Shown here piece after piece: positions 1 through 14,243 of a DNA stretch of 64,000 nt. Where the stretch lies: contig NC_043025.1 in assembly GCF_006345805.1 (NCBI RefSeq), forward strand, positions 15,314,001-15,378,000, written 5' to 3'. Position numbers and translations under genes: made by a program. The notes beneath the pieces are model-generated. The model was not told the origin of the DNA and searched no databases. It worked only from the letters and a program-made list of their open reading frames with translations. The DNA is from Octopus sinensis. Lineage: Eukaryota. Positions within the stretch are counted from its first letter, which is position 1; the number at the start of each line of letters is the position of its first letter.

Positions 1-346
1 ATGGCATTCACAGAGGCAGAGCCTTGATGATGGGATGCCCTTCCTGTCACCTACCCTCACCTGTTTCCAAGCAAGGTAATATTTCCACATGGCTTGACAT
101 GATCTTGCAGAAGATTGGAAATGAATGGCATTCATTTTCAACACTCACACACACACACACACACACATAAATAAATAAATAATTTCAAAGGGTGACAAGT
201 TCAACAAGTTCTGTTCAACCACAGAAAATATTTAATCCATAATCGTTAGACGGATGAAATATACATTGTGAATCATCTCACTTCTCAACCAGTCAAAGAT
301 TAAACAGAATGTGTTTTGCCAGAGTAATCACTATAAATTAAATACA

Positions 347-392
<46 letters not shown>

Positions 393-677
393 AAAAAGGA
401 AAATACGCACACTTACATAGTTTTAATATAATTTTTAATATATCGACCGGTTTCGCTATTGCTATTCATATTATGTTTTACTTACTTGAATATATATATA
501 TTTTTTTTTTCTTTAGAAGATATTTGGTCCAGTTTGGTCCAAATTTCTTCTTAAGAAAAAAAAAATATATATTCAAATAAGTAAAACATATCATGAATAG
601 CAATAGCGAAACCGGTTGATATATTAGAAATTATATTAAAACTATGTAAATGTGCATATTTTCCTTTTTTAATTTCT

Positions 678-717
<40 letters not shown>

Positions 718-2029
718 TACATGCATAAATAGAATAGGTTTCTTTTCAGTTTCCATCTGACAAATCCATCAACAAGGCTTTGGCTGAACTTGGGCTTTCA
801 GTAGAGAAAACTTGTCCAAGATGCTGTGCAGTGGAATTGAACCATGTGGTTGGGAAGTGAACAGCCAAACTTATGTGTATATACACACACACACACACGT
901 GTGTGTGTGTGTAAAGCCTTATATCTGTACAGTATATGTTGGAGATGTTGAAAAGAAACCCCTAAAAGAAGTCACGAACCCACCCCCTTTCGTCCCCTGA
1001 TTGTTTTGGGAATGCTGACAATATTTCTATCCTGCATGCATTAAACAGTCAACCCTAACCATCATCCACTTCTCCTTCACCGTCACTGATATGACCATCA
1101 CTCCTCATATGTTTGGTCTGGTATTTGGATGTTATACGTGTGTGTTTAGGATTGTTTTATCTTTTATTTGTTTCAAGTCACTGGGCTGTGGCCATGCTGG
1201 GGCAGTGCACTGCCTTGGAGGATTTTCTCCATCAAATTGGCCCCAGTACTTATTTTGTTGTTTTTTATCCCTAAAGTCTGGTATATATTCTGTCTCTTTT
1301 GGCAAACCGTAAAGTTACCGGGATGTCAACAAACCAACACCAATTGCTGAGTGGTGAGGAAAGCTGACAAACAGAATTGTATGTGTGTATGTATGTATAT
1401 ATATGTATATATATATATGTATATATATATGTATATATATATATGTATATATATATATGTATATATATATGTATGTATATATGTATATGTGTGTATGTGT
1501 GTGTATGTGCATGTACACACACACGCACACAAACGTTTATGTTCTGAGTTCACTTTCCACCAAGGTTAGCTTTACTTCTCATCCTTTCGGGGTCAATGAA
1601 ACAAGTACCAGTTGAGCCCTGGGGTAGATTTAATCGACAACAGCCTTTTGCCTGCAGTAGAAAGGATTATTATTATTACCTAAAAGAGATCCCAACCATT
1701 ATTGCTTGTCTTTATTTTGTGAGTTCTTTTATCACCAAAGTCACTGATGCGTGTCTGGTTTTCATGCATCGGAAACAAGAGTTCCTTTCCAACTCACCAA
1801 TCCTTTTACCAGGATCTCTTTACACACTCCACCAAGATTTCCATCAACATTTCATTATTCTCTCTCTCCCTCCCCTCTCTCTCTGTCTCATGCTTTTTCT
1901 CTTTTGTGCTTCATCTCTTTCTCCATCTCCACTTGTGTGTGTGTGTGTGTGTGTGTGTGTGATTGTTCTTTTCAGGTCATCTCTCTAATCAAGGTATTCA
2001 AATTCATTCCAGCTGTGACCTAGATAATA

Positions 2030-2275
2030 GCGTGGGATTTGAGGGAGATTTGGCTGCCACTATACTCTTACTCTTTTACTTGTTTCAGTCAGTTGACTGC
2101 AGCCATGCTGGAGCACCACCTTTTTTTTAATCAAGCAACTCGACCCCGGGACTTATTCTTTTGTAAGCCCAGTACTTATTCTATCGGTCTCTTTTGCCGA
2201 ACCACTAAGTGACGGGGATGTAAACACACCAGCATCGGTTGTCAAGCAATGCTAGGGGGACAAACAGACGCACAA

Positions 2276-2308
<33 letters not shown>

Positions 2309-2470
2309 CATATATACGACAGGCTTCTTTCAGTTTCCGTCTACCAAATCCATTCACAAGGCTTTGGTCGGCCCGAGGCTATAGCAGAAGACACTTGCCC
2401 AAGGTGCCATGCAGTGGGACTGGACCCGGAACCATGTGGTTGGTAAGCAAGCTACTTACCACACAGCCAC
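2030..2470 (-). mobile_element. tRNA-derived SINE (family 1), near full length
   Basis: Pol III A/B boxes (TGGCTGTGTGGT; GGTTCCGGGTCC). Other copies at ~42200-42580(+), 44230-44400(+), 44960-45150(-), 45520-45900(-), 34720-34865(+), 24500-24660(-), 730-870(-). Confidence 0.85.
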
Positions 2471-2957
2471 TCCTAATGTACCAGTCTCCTTCTTTGGCTG
2501 CTATTTCTCATATGTTTAACTACCTCATAGAGGTCTCCTTCAGTGGCTCATACATATTTTTTAAGTAGGAAGCTGGCAGAACCATTTGCCTGTTGAGCAA
2601 AATGCTTGGTGCCATTTCATCCATCTTACCATTCTGGGTTCAAATTCTGCTGAGGTCCACTTTGCCTTTCATCATTTTGGGGTTAATAAAATAAATACCT
2701 GCTTTGCACTGGGATCGCTGTAATTGACTTAATCCTCCCCTGAAAATGCTGGCCTTGTGCCAAAATTTGAAACCTTATTAATTATTGAGGCAGTGAGCTG
2801 GCAGAATCGTTAGCATCCCAGGCAAAATGCTTGGCGGTATTTCACTCATCACTACATTCTGAGTTCAAATTCCACCAGGGTCAATGTAATCAACTTAACC
2901 TCCTCCCCCAAGCTGCCCTTGTGACAAAAATTTGAAATCATATTATTATTATTATTA

Positions 2958-3310
2958 TTATTGCCTCTGGAGGTATTGTTTTCAGTCGCATTTGTTTGTT
3001 TGTCTGTGGGACAAGATATCTCAAGAACTGCTGGATGGATTCAGATGAAACTTTCAGGGATGTTTGGCCTTGGAACTGCCACGAACTGATTAGATTTTGG
3101 GATTGATCCGGTACCGGACAAGGATACTGGATTATTTTTCCTGTTTTTTTACTTAATTTTTGAGAGTGGTCGATCTCATTTTTAGAATTCTCGTTTGTGA
3201 GAGCAGTCGAGTCTATTTCAAATATTCTCATTTCAAAGATCATCTCTGGCTAATTGTTGAGAGGACGTTCGTGTTGCCTTGGCAGAGGTTTGCACTCTCT
3301 AAGTGCTCTT
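2958..3310 (+). mobile_element. Helentron-associated (HINE/DINE-like) non-autonomous element
   Basis: 5' attgcctctggaggtattgttttc...gtttgtttgtctgt microsatellite and 3' ccttggcagaggt...ctctctaagtgc, the architecture typical of HINEs as recalled. Confidence 0.55.
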
Positions 3311-3814
3311 ATTATTATTATTATTATTATTATTAAGGTGGTGAGCTGGCAGACTTGTTAGCACACCAGGCAAGATGTTTAAGGGCATTCCATCCCGCTT
3401 TACATTCCAAGTCAGCTTTGTCCTTCATCTCTTTGCAGTTGATAAAATATATACCAGTTAAACACTGAGGTCAGCTCTAGAAATTGCTGGCCTTGTGCCA
3501 AAATTTGAAACCATTATTATTGTTGTTGTTGCTGTTGTTATTTATCGTGTTCTTCATTTTTCTGTGAATACTGCTAATTCCACATTGTGAAATGTCACTT
3601 TATATATTTTTCTCTCTTTCTTTCTTTCTTCTTCTCTCTTTCTCTCTCCCTCTTCTTCCTCTTCTTCTTCCTCTTCTCTGTTGTGATTTTCAGTGGCTGC
3701 AGATGTGTGATAGCGACGGCGGTGGTGGCTCCCTTGACCTGCAGCTTCCAGACCCCAGTCTGGCTCCCTCGGGCACAGATGCCGTCAGCTCCGACCACTA
3801 ACACATACGCATAC

Positions 3815-3845
<31 letters not shown>

Positions 3846-5743
3846 CATACACAGACACACGGACACTCCATAGCCGTTACTACTACCACCACCACCACCA
3901 CCACTACTACTACTACTACTGCTACTGCTACTTGTGGTACTACATCTGATTTCTTGCTTGTTTCTTTTTTCTTCTTCTTTGGGCGTTTGGTAAGTGTGGG
4001 TTCCAGATGATGATGATGATGATGATGATTATGTTGGCAATGTTGATGTTGTTGATAATGATGATGATGTTGTTTAACCCTTAACTGGCCTCATGCCCAG
4101 CAGACCTATAATCAAAGGCATTCCAGCCATGGCGATCTTGTCGATTTTTCTTACATGGCATGGAACTTCCCACAACCTCATTCTCCAATGGGGTTGGTGG
4201 CTGTGATGTGGGGGGAGAAGTTTGGCTGCTATGTCTAGCATGCTGAACTTCCACGTAAAGGACCCCACATTTGCTCCTGATGATGAGGATGTGATCATGA
4301 TTGATGTTGTTGGCCATGTTGATGTTGTTTATGATGATGATGATGATGTCAATACTTCTCTTTTTTCTTGTTATCGTTATTGTGGTGTGTATGGATGTGG
4401 GGTAGGGGCAGATGAAAAGACTCTCTCTCTCTCTCTCTCTCTCTCCCTTATCTGTCTACCTATCTTTCCATTTATTCATCTGTCTATCTAGAGACAAATA
4501 CAGGTATATCAAATACCATACAACGTGAATTGTTGATTTATTAAAACAATCTCTTCCTCTCTCAAGAGGACGTATCATAATTAGCAAATGGTAATTAAGA
4601 CCACCTCCACTTGAGATGGGGAGATCATCCCTAGAATCAAGAATCCTCCAAAGCTGACATGCCTTTAAAGAAAAGGACAGGCTTACTGTCTGGAGATGAA
4701 GAGGACTTATATAAAGCAGAGTAGAAAACGGTTATGGCTGATATAATTTTTATGATTTAACCAAAGACAAGTTCGTGACATGTTCTTTGAAGAACATGGA
4801 CAAATACAGGAATTCTCTCCGTCTGGATCTTTACTCATCCATCCATCTTACCCTCATGTACTCTTCTTGTTAAACACACTCGTACCCTTTTTCCCAGATC
4901 ATCTCTCTTTCCAACCACACTCGGACTCACTCTCAATTCTCTTACACTCACACTCTCACCCCCCCTCTCTCTCTCCCTCTCATAAACCCTCCTGTCTACA
5001 TCACATTTCATATTATTTCATCTGGATACGATCAAACAGGAAAGCTGGATGCAATTATTATTCTTAAGATGGTGAGCTGGCAGAATTGTTAGAGTACCAG
5101 GCAAAATGTTTGTTAGCGTTTCTCTTCTGGTTTTACAAATTCTGAGTTCAAATTCCACTGAGGTTGACTTTGCCTTTCATCCTTTCGGGGTTGATGAAAT
5201 AAAGCCCCAGTCAAAAACTGCAGTTCGTGTAATCGACCACCCTCTCCCCTTGGAATTGTTTTTGCTATGATGGGGCTAGGGCCCACTTTGCTTTTTATCC
5301 TTTCATGGTCAACAAAATAAAGTACCAGCAATGGGTTAAATGTAGCATTGACAAACAGGAACAACAGTGTCTTTGATAGGCTTCCTTACAGTCTCCATCT
5401 AACCTGGACCGACTCTCAGGCTATGAAGGAAAGGGCCCAAGTGTTGTGCGCTGGGGTTAAACTCAGTACCGCAAAGGCATGAAACGAACCACACGTCTCT
5501 TTCCTTATGACACCAGGCTTTGCTTGTTTCTGTTGAACCTAACACTACATCCCCAACTACATTGTCACATCCTCTTTATTTATTTATTCTTTTGTCAACA
5601 TGACAGTGTGCACTTTGAGGGAGATTTGGCTTCTATTTCTAGCAGGTTAAATAGTATGTTGTTGTCGATGTTGTGCAAATAAATGTTGTAGCATGCACCG
5701 CTAGCCGCATGTCATCCTGATGCTTTACATACACATACTTATA

Positions 5744-5776
<33 letters not shown>

Positions 5777-5909
5777 AGTATGTGTATATCTTATTTTGAT
5801 ATTTCAGTTGCTCTAACACATGAAAACAAACACATACATACATACACACATACATACATATATACTCACACATACACACTCAAGTACACATAGAAACAAA
5901 CATAGATTT

Positions 5910-6350
5910 TTAAATGGCTTCCCAACAGCAACTCACATTTCATGTTCAAAGGAAGATATTTGACCTCTTTTGGGTCCCAACACAACTGTCTCCCTTCCTT
6001 CAAACTGTCTTGATGCAATGCATTGCAAAAAGTTACTGTGACCTCCATGTTGATGGCTCTCAAAAGGATCGAGTATTTTACAGCCCATTCACAAATGAGC
6101 CAAGTTAATGAAAAGCACAAATGGGAGCAGAAGAGAGTGCTCAGGGTCTGCTTATTGCCAAAGATCCCAACATTGCCATCAGGATACAGGACCAGACACT
6201 GCAACAGCTTCTGTTTCAAGGGCCCACAGCTTATTCAGTATCTTCCCAAAAAGCCTGAGAGACTTCAAAGCAAAACTGGATCTCCACCTGTCAAGGGTTC
6301 CAGGTGAGATTACCTCACAACAGCAGATGAGGGCAGCAGCATCAAACTCC
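5910..6350 (+). mobile_element. Degenerate CR1/L2-like LINE C-terminus
   Basis: Broken frames NSFCFKGPQL / PKSLRDFKAKLDLHLSRVP. Confidence 0.6.
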
Positions 6351-6599
6351 CTCGTTCACCAAATGCTGCATATCACTGGAGATTTCAAGTAAAGGTGCAG
6401 CAAAGCTAATGGCAGTGCCCCAGCATGGCCACAGCCGAAACTAATTAAAGAATAGATACTTACATTAACACTTTGACTCAGATTTGCCAAAGGTCACATC
6501 TGCTAAGGTGGTCACTTGGATTTCATCATACTGAGTGGTGAGGTCACCACAACTTTTGAATAAGGTTGCTTGTCATTGGATAATGATATGCACGCATTT

Positions 6600-6815
6600 A
6601 AGGTGGCGAGCTGGCAGACACATTAGCGCGCCGGGCGGTATTTCGTCTGCCGTTACGTTCTGAGTTCAAATTCCGCCAAGGTTGACTTTGCCTTTCATCC
6701 TTTCGGGGTCGATAAATAAAAGTACCAGTTTCGCACTGGGTTCGATGTAATCGACTTAATCCCTTTGTCTGTCCTTGTTTGTCCCCTCTATGTTTAGCCC
6801 CTTGTGGGCAATAAA
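6600..6815 (+). mobile_element. tRNA-derived Nin-domain-like SINE (family 2)
   Basis: Head ggtggcgagctggcaga...gagttcaaattcc and core ctttgcctttcatcctttcggggtcgataaa..aagtacc. Other copies at ~2565-2940, 3335-3515, 5068-5260, 7725-7945, 10578-10740, 41205-41340, 42770-43165 (tandem), 50955-51370(-). Confidence 0.85.
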
Positions 6816-7205
6816 GAAATATAGATATGCACACACACACACACATGCTTTATTTGCTGATTAAATGAATTTATTTTTACAAATGTATCAAGAATGTGTT
6901 GTCGTAATAATTATAGTATGTTACCAACAATAGTGTGTTGTCTTGACTAATTGTTTTTTGTTTTTATTTTTACACGTTTTACCTGTATTTTTTTATTCAT
7001 TTTATCTCACTAACTTGAGCAGCAAAACATATATATGCTTGCATATACCCATGTATGTATGTTTGTGTATGTGTGTCTGTGTATGTATATATATATATAT
7101 ATATATATATACATACATACATATATACACACACTCACACACATACTCGTGTGTGTGTGTGTCTATTGTGCAAGGTATGTATAAGCTTGTTTCTCTCTTC
7201 ATTTG

Positions 7206-7607
7206 GGATCTTTTCCGTTTGAACGGCAGTTTTTTCTAGCGGTGTCATATGAAATTGTCACCCATAATTATGGCCCTAGTATCGATCCATTGCATTTCAA
7301 TGTTTTAGGGTTAGGGGGAAGGGTATCTTTTTTCTTCAGAAATGTAAATAAACCCAATCTGTTTCTTAAACGAGGGACATATTCAAACGGCACAGAATGT
7401 TTTCACCTCAACAGACATCATTGATTGGTTGAAATTGCAGAAATTAAAGAAAAAAAACAACAAATATCTTAGAAACCATAGAATTTTCTCAATAAAGCCA
7501 AGAGAAAAAGATGTTTTATAAACACATTCTACCAGAATACGAAGTTTAAAAGTGTTTAGTTACGTGGAAATTATTTTAAAAAACTGCTGTTCAAACCGAA
7601 AAGATCC
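7206..7607 (+). mobile_element. MITE family A (TIR GGATCTTTTCCGTTTGAACGGCAG), 8-bp TSD
   Basis: TIRs at both ends, perfect TSD TTCATTTG on both flanks, and five copies in the window. Confidence 0.92.
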
Positions 7608-7942
7608 TTCATTTGTCTTGACAGATCAAAGCTGGGTGTCAGCAGGGCCCTTGCTTGCAATCTTAGATAAGCCCATAGAACAGCAGTCAACCTGTGCTGA
7701 AATAAATTATTATTATTATAACTAAGGCAGTAAGCTGGTAGGATTGTTAGCAAGTCAGGCGAAGTGCTTAGCAGTATTTTGTCAGTCTCTGTGTTCTGGG
7801 TTCAAATTCAGCTGAGATTGACTTTGCCTTTCATCCTTTTGGGGGGTCGATAAAATAAGTACCAGTTGAATACTGGGGGTTGATGTTATCGACCTGTCCT
7901 CTTCCCAAAAATTTCAGGCCCTGTGCCTTTAGTAGAAAAGAT

Positions 7943-8184
7943 TATTATTATTATTATTATTATATTATTATTATTATTATCATCATTATATTATTATTAT
8001 TATATTATTATTATTATTATTATTATTATATTATTATTCATTATTATTATATTATATTATTATTATATATTATTATTATCTTATTATATTATATTATATA
8101 TTATTATATATTATTATTATTATTATATAATTATTATTATTATATTATTATTATCATTATTATTATTATATATATTATATTATT

Positions 8185-8245
<61 letters not shown>

Positions 8246-8745
8246 TATTATTATTATATTATTATTATTATATTATATATTATTATTATTATTATATTAT
8301 TATATATTATTATATTATTTTATTATTATATATCATTATTATTATATTATATTATATTATTATCATATATTATTATTATTATATTATTATATCATTATAT
8401 ATTATTATTTATCATTATTATTATTATATTATTATTATCATTTTATTATTATTATTATATTATTATTATCATATTATTATTATTATTATTATTATATTAT
8501 TATCATATTATTATTATATTATATATTATCATTATTATATCATTATTATTATTATATTATATCATTATTATTATTATTATATTATTATATTATATTATTA
8601 TATCATTATATTATATTATTATTATATTATTATATCATTATTATTATTATTATTATTATATTATTATTATTATTATATTATTATATTATTATATTATTAT
8701 TATATTTTATTATATTATCATTATTATTATTATTATTATATTATT

Positions 8746-8778
<33 letters not shown>

Positions 8779-9180
8779 TATTATCATCATTATTATTATT
8801 ATTATATTATTATCATTATTATTATATATATTATCATTATTATTATTATTATATTATATTATTATCATTATATATTATTATTATTATATTATTACATTAT
8901 TATTATTATTATATTATTATATTATTATTATCATTATTATTATTATTATTCTATTATTATTATTATTATTATTATATTATTATTATCATTATTATTATCA
9001 TTATTATTATTATATATTATTATTATTATATATATTATATTATTATTATTATCATTTTATTATTATTATTATTATTATATTATTATTATCATTATTATTA
9101 TTATATATATTATTATTATTTTATTATTATTATATTATTATCTATTATTATTATATTATTATTATTTTATTATTATTATC

Positions 9181-9216
<36 letters not shown>

Positions 9217-9407
9217 TATATTATCATTATTATTATATTATTATATTATTATTATTATTATTCTTATTATTATTATTTATATTATTATTATTTTATATTA
9301 TTATATTATATTATTATTATTATATTATTATATATTATATTATTATATTATTATATATTATATTATTATTATTATTATATTATTTTATTATCATTATTAT
9401 TATTATA

Positions 9408-9442
<35 letters not shown>

Positions 9443-9571
9443 TATATTATTATCATTATTATATATTATTATTATTATCATTATTATTATTATATTATTA
9501 TTATTATTATTATTATATTATTATATCATTATTATTATTATTATATTATTATTATCATTATTATTATTATT

Positions 9572-9602
<31 letters not shown>

Positions 9603-9799
9603 TATTATTATTATTATTATATATTATTATCATTATTATTATATTATATCATTATTATTATTATTATTATATATCATTATTATTATTATTATTATCATTA
9701 TTATTATTATTATTATATTATATTATTATTATTATATTATTATTATAATTATTATTATTATATTATTATTATTATTATTATCATTATTATTATTATATT

Positions 9800-9830
<31 letters not shown>

Positions 9831-9866
9831 TATTATTATTATATTATTATTATCTTATTATTATTA

Positions 9867-9900
<34 letters not shown>

Positions 9901-10027
9901 TATTATCATTATTATATTATTATATTATATTATCATTATTATTATATATTATTATCATCATTATTATTATTATTATATTATTATTATTATCATTATTATT
10001 ATTAATTATTATTATTATCATTATTAT

Positions 10028-10063
<36 letters not shown>

Positions 10064-10578
10064 TATATTATTATTATCATATTATTATTATTATTATTAT
10101 TATTATCATTATTATTATTATTATTATATTATTATTATCATATATTATTATTATTATATTATATTATCATTATTATATTATTATCATTATTATTATTTTA
10201 TTATTATATATCATTATTATTATTATATTATTTTATTATTATTATATTATTATCATTTTATTATTATTATTATTATTATTATTATCATTATTAATTATTA
10301 TTATTATATTTTATTATTATATTATATTATATATTATTATTATTTTATTATATTATCATTATTATTATTATTATTCATTATTATATTATTATTATCATTA
10401 TATTATATTATTATCATTATTATCATTATTATTATATTATTATCATTTTATTATTATTTTATTATTATTATTATTATTATCATTATTATTATTATATTAT
10501 TATATCATATTATTATCATTATATTATCATTATTATTATCAATTATTATTATTATTATCATTATTATTATTATTATTA
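7943..10578. repeat. ~2.6 kb degenerate (TAT)n microsatellite
   Basis: Continuous TAT/ATT with CAT and TA interruptions. It continues from the ATT tail of a SINE (7725-7945) and abuts the head of the next SINE (~10579). Confidence 0.98.
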
Positions 10579-10864
10579 AGGTGGCTGACAGAATCGTTAG
10601 TATGCCATTTCATCTTCTCGTGTTCTGGGTTCAAATTCTGCTGAGGTCAACTTTGCGTTTCATCCTTTAACGGCAGATAAAGTACCAGTGTCCCCTCTCC
10701 CAAAATTTCGGGCCTTGTGCCTTTAGTACAAAGGATTGTTATTATTATTGTTGTTGTTATTATTGTTATTATTATTAATTATGAATTTCTCCTTCTCTTT
10801 CTCAGGATAACAAGAGCTGAACTCTGACATCATCCTCACCATTGTACAGAAGAGAAGCCTAATA

Positions 10865-10970
10865 TTACTGTGGATGTGTGTGTGTGTGTGTGTGTATATA
10901 AGTATAAATGTATGGGTAAGTGCCTGCATGTGAGTGCATACGTAAGTGTATATGTGTGTGTGTGTATGTT

Positions 10971-11008
<38 letters not shown>

Positions 11009-12087
11009 TATATACACATATATAGATAGATGTGTGTATATACGCGTGTGTGCATATATGTGTGTATATACATATGTATTCATATGTATGCATGCATGTA
11101 TGTATATGTATTTGTACGTGTGCATACATGTTTGCATATATATATGTGTGTGTGTGTATATATATGTATATATATACGTGTGTGTGTATATATATATATA
11201 TGTATGTATATATGTACATGTGTGTATAGATATATATATATATATGTATGTATATATATATGTGTGTGTGTGTGTATAATAACCAGCTGTATATAGAATG
11301 ATGAGCATCTTTGGTTAGAAGCAGAGTCTAGGAAGAGTCCTTTGTTTTTCTGTGACTCTAAACTCAGATTGGTTTAGTTTAGTGTGGCAGCAGCACCAAC
11401 AACAACAACAATTATAAACAACAGCAACCACAGCAAATTCTTGAACAAGTGACTCACTCACACATTATCCTCTCTCTTTCTCTCCTCCTCCTCCTCTCAT
11501 CTATGTATTGCACTCAGACACTCCACTGCTGCCACCATGACCACCACCCCTCTTCTGTGATGATGCAGAATCAATCTGAAAAACAATCAACGTTTTTTTT
11601 TTTATGTATATACAGGGTGGCCGGGGGGGGTGGCCACCAACGCCATCATCATCATCATCACCGACAACAATGATGAGGGACCTTGTATGTGGTGACACAA
11701 CCTGTTAGTGATGGCAGCCCACACTCCCTCAAGTCACACACCCTGCTGTCATAAAGGAAACAGATGGATATATCGAACAATGTAGTAGTTTCAAACACCA
11801 ATAGATGTGATGGTCATGACTGGATCGGGGTCATTTGATCCCCACCACCACCACCACTATCAATGTGTATCGATGCCCTGAGAAGTTGTGCCCTTCCTGC
11901 CTTATAACAAGCAGCCCTTCTTTTTTTTTTTCACTTCATTCTTGCTAAACAGACCAGCATGATTGTCACAACATCCTCTCTCTCACCCCCACCCCCAACC
12001 CCCTCTTCAATCAATATTTCTGACTTTGTGGCCTCTATAAGAAATAATGAAATATTTAATCTATTTATATACATACATTTATGTGTA

Positions 12088-12122
<35 letters not shown>

Positions 12123-12531
12123 GTATTTACACACTGGTATATATATAATATACTGTTGAAGTGGTGTACAGATTTTATATATAAAGAAAGAATTCATCAG
12201 GATTTGGATAAAAATAGATTTTATACAAATCCAGATGACCCCCATATATATATATATATATGTATGTATATATGTATGTATGTATATATGTATGTATATA
12301 TATATGTATGTATATATATATATATGTATGTGTATATATATATGTATGCATATATATATATGCATGCATATATATATGTATGCATATATATGTATATATA
12401 TATGTATGTATATATATGCATGCATATATATATGTATGCATATATATGTATGTATATATATATGTATGTATATATATATATGTATGCATATATATATATA
12501 TATATATATATATAGTATGCATATATATATG

Positions 12532-12562
<31 letters not shown>

Positions 12563-12626
12563 GTATATATATATGTGTATATATATATAATATATATAAT
12601 ATATATATATATATAATATAATATAT

Positions 12627-12658
<32 letters not shown>

Positions 12659-12680
12659 CATATACACACATTCACACACA
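10865..12680. repeat. Clusters of (TA)n/(TG)n/(TATG)n microsatellites
   Basis: Visible dinucleotide and tetranucleotide arrays at ~10865-11275 and ~12070-12680. Confidence 0.9.
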
Positions 12681-12983
12681 CATCACAGAACTGTTCAACA
12701 ACATCCCTATATGGCACAAAATGTTTCTCCTTAAATTGCATTTTTAATAAATAAATAAAAGTTTCTATAACAAAAAAAAACAAAAAGAAAAAAAAGAAAA
12801 TCAATCGACCTATCAAGTCAGATCAATCGATCGATTGTTTAATTATATAAGAACAGAATGAATTTGGATTAATTTTTTTTTTATTATTTATATATATATA
12901 TATATATACACATATTTATTTTCTTTCTTTAGCTTTATTTGTTTATATGCATGTATGTATGTGTGTATGTATATATATATATA

Positions 12984-13024
<41 letters not shown>

Positions 13025-13069
13025 AAACTTGGAGGAAAGAAACGAAACGACGCGAGGGCGCTCAGTCAT

Positions 13070-13522
13070 ATACTAACAATTTAATAAATAAAATATATGC
13101 ATACATACATACATATATGTACGTACCTACATCTATATGTATATATACATGCATATATTTATATATATATATATATATATGAGTACAGGACACCACAAAT
13201 AAACGTAGAACACGAGAAACGAAAACATAAAATCAAACAAGGAAACGGACTTTTTTTTAACAACGAAAAAACAGAGTACAGGACAAGTACAAATACAATA
13301 TTCCTTGAATTGTTTGTCCTGTACTCTGTTTTTTCGTTGTTAAAAAAAAGTCCGTTTCCTTGTTTGATTTTATGTTTTCGTTTCTCGTGTTCTACGTTTA
13401 TTTGTGGTGTCCTGTACTCATATATATATATAAATATATGCATGTATATATACATATAGATGTAGGTACGTACATATATGTATGTATGTATGCATATATT
13501 TTATTTATTAAATTGTTAGTAT
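13070..13522. repeat. Near-perfect foldback, ~210-bp arms
   Basis: Arms meet at ~13285-13313. Confidence 0.95.
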
Positions 13523-13525
13523 ATA

Positions 13526-13578
<53 letters not shown>

Positions 13579-13825
13579 ATGTGCATATATGTCACCTCTC
13601 TCTCCTTTCTTTTTGCTCCTTCTCTTATACCTCTCCTCTTCCCCCTCCCCTCTTATTTTTTCTCTCTCGATTGAAAATTTGGACAAACAAAATAAAATTA
13701 AAAAAAAAAGCTCAATAGAAATTGAAGGTGTATTGTTGTTGTTGTTATTGTGCTCAGAAGAAAAAAGATGTCTGGATGGAAGCTGCACAGGTATTGTTGA
13801 ATTTTGCTTATTTTGTTGTGTTTTA

Positions 13826-14243
13826 GGATCTTTTCCGTTTGAACAGCAGTTTTTTCTAGCGTTGTCATATGAAATTGTCACCCATAATTATGACCCTAGT
13901 ATCGATCTATTGCATTTCAATCTGTTTTAGGGTTAGGGTTAGGGGTGGGGGGAAGGGTATCTTTTTTCCTTCATAAATGAAAATAAACCCAATCTGTTTC
14001 TTAAACAAGGGACATATTCATACGGCACAGAATGTTTTCACCCCGTTAGACGTCATTGATTGGTTGAAATTGCAGAAATTGAAGAAAAAAAAACATCAAA
14101 TATCTTACAAACTATAGAATTTTCTCAATAAAGCCAAGAGAAAAAGATGTTTTAGAAACACATTCTACCAGAATACGAAGTTTAAAATTATTTAGTTACA
14201 AGGAAATTATTTTAAAAAACTGCCGGTCAAACCGAAAAGATCC
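13826..14243 (+). mobile_element. MITE family A copy
   Basis: Same TIRs and internal sequence; TSD gtgtttta/gtgttttg (7/8). Confidence 0.9.

Noticed and set aside
1976-1993. Possible 18-nt microexon (ttttcag|GTCATCTCTCTAATCAAG|gtattc)
   Set aside because: The donor is weak, and no partner exons or recognisable protein support it.
7880-9748. 622-aa Tyr/Ile/Leu ORF
   Set aside because: It is a translation of (TAT)n, which lacks stops on this strand; there is no coding signal.
13930-13945. Interstitial telomere (TTAGGG)n
   Set aside because: Only about two units are present, and they are an internal part of MITE family A.
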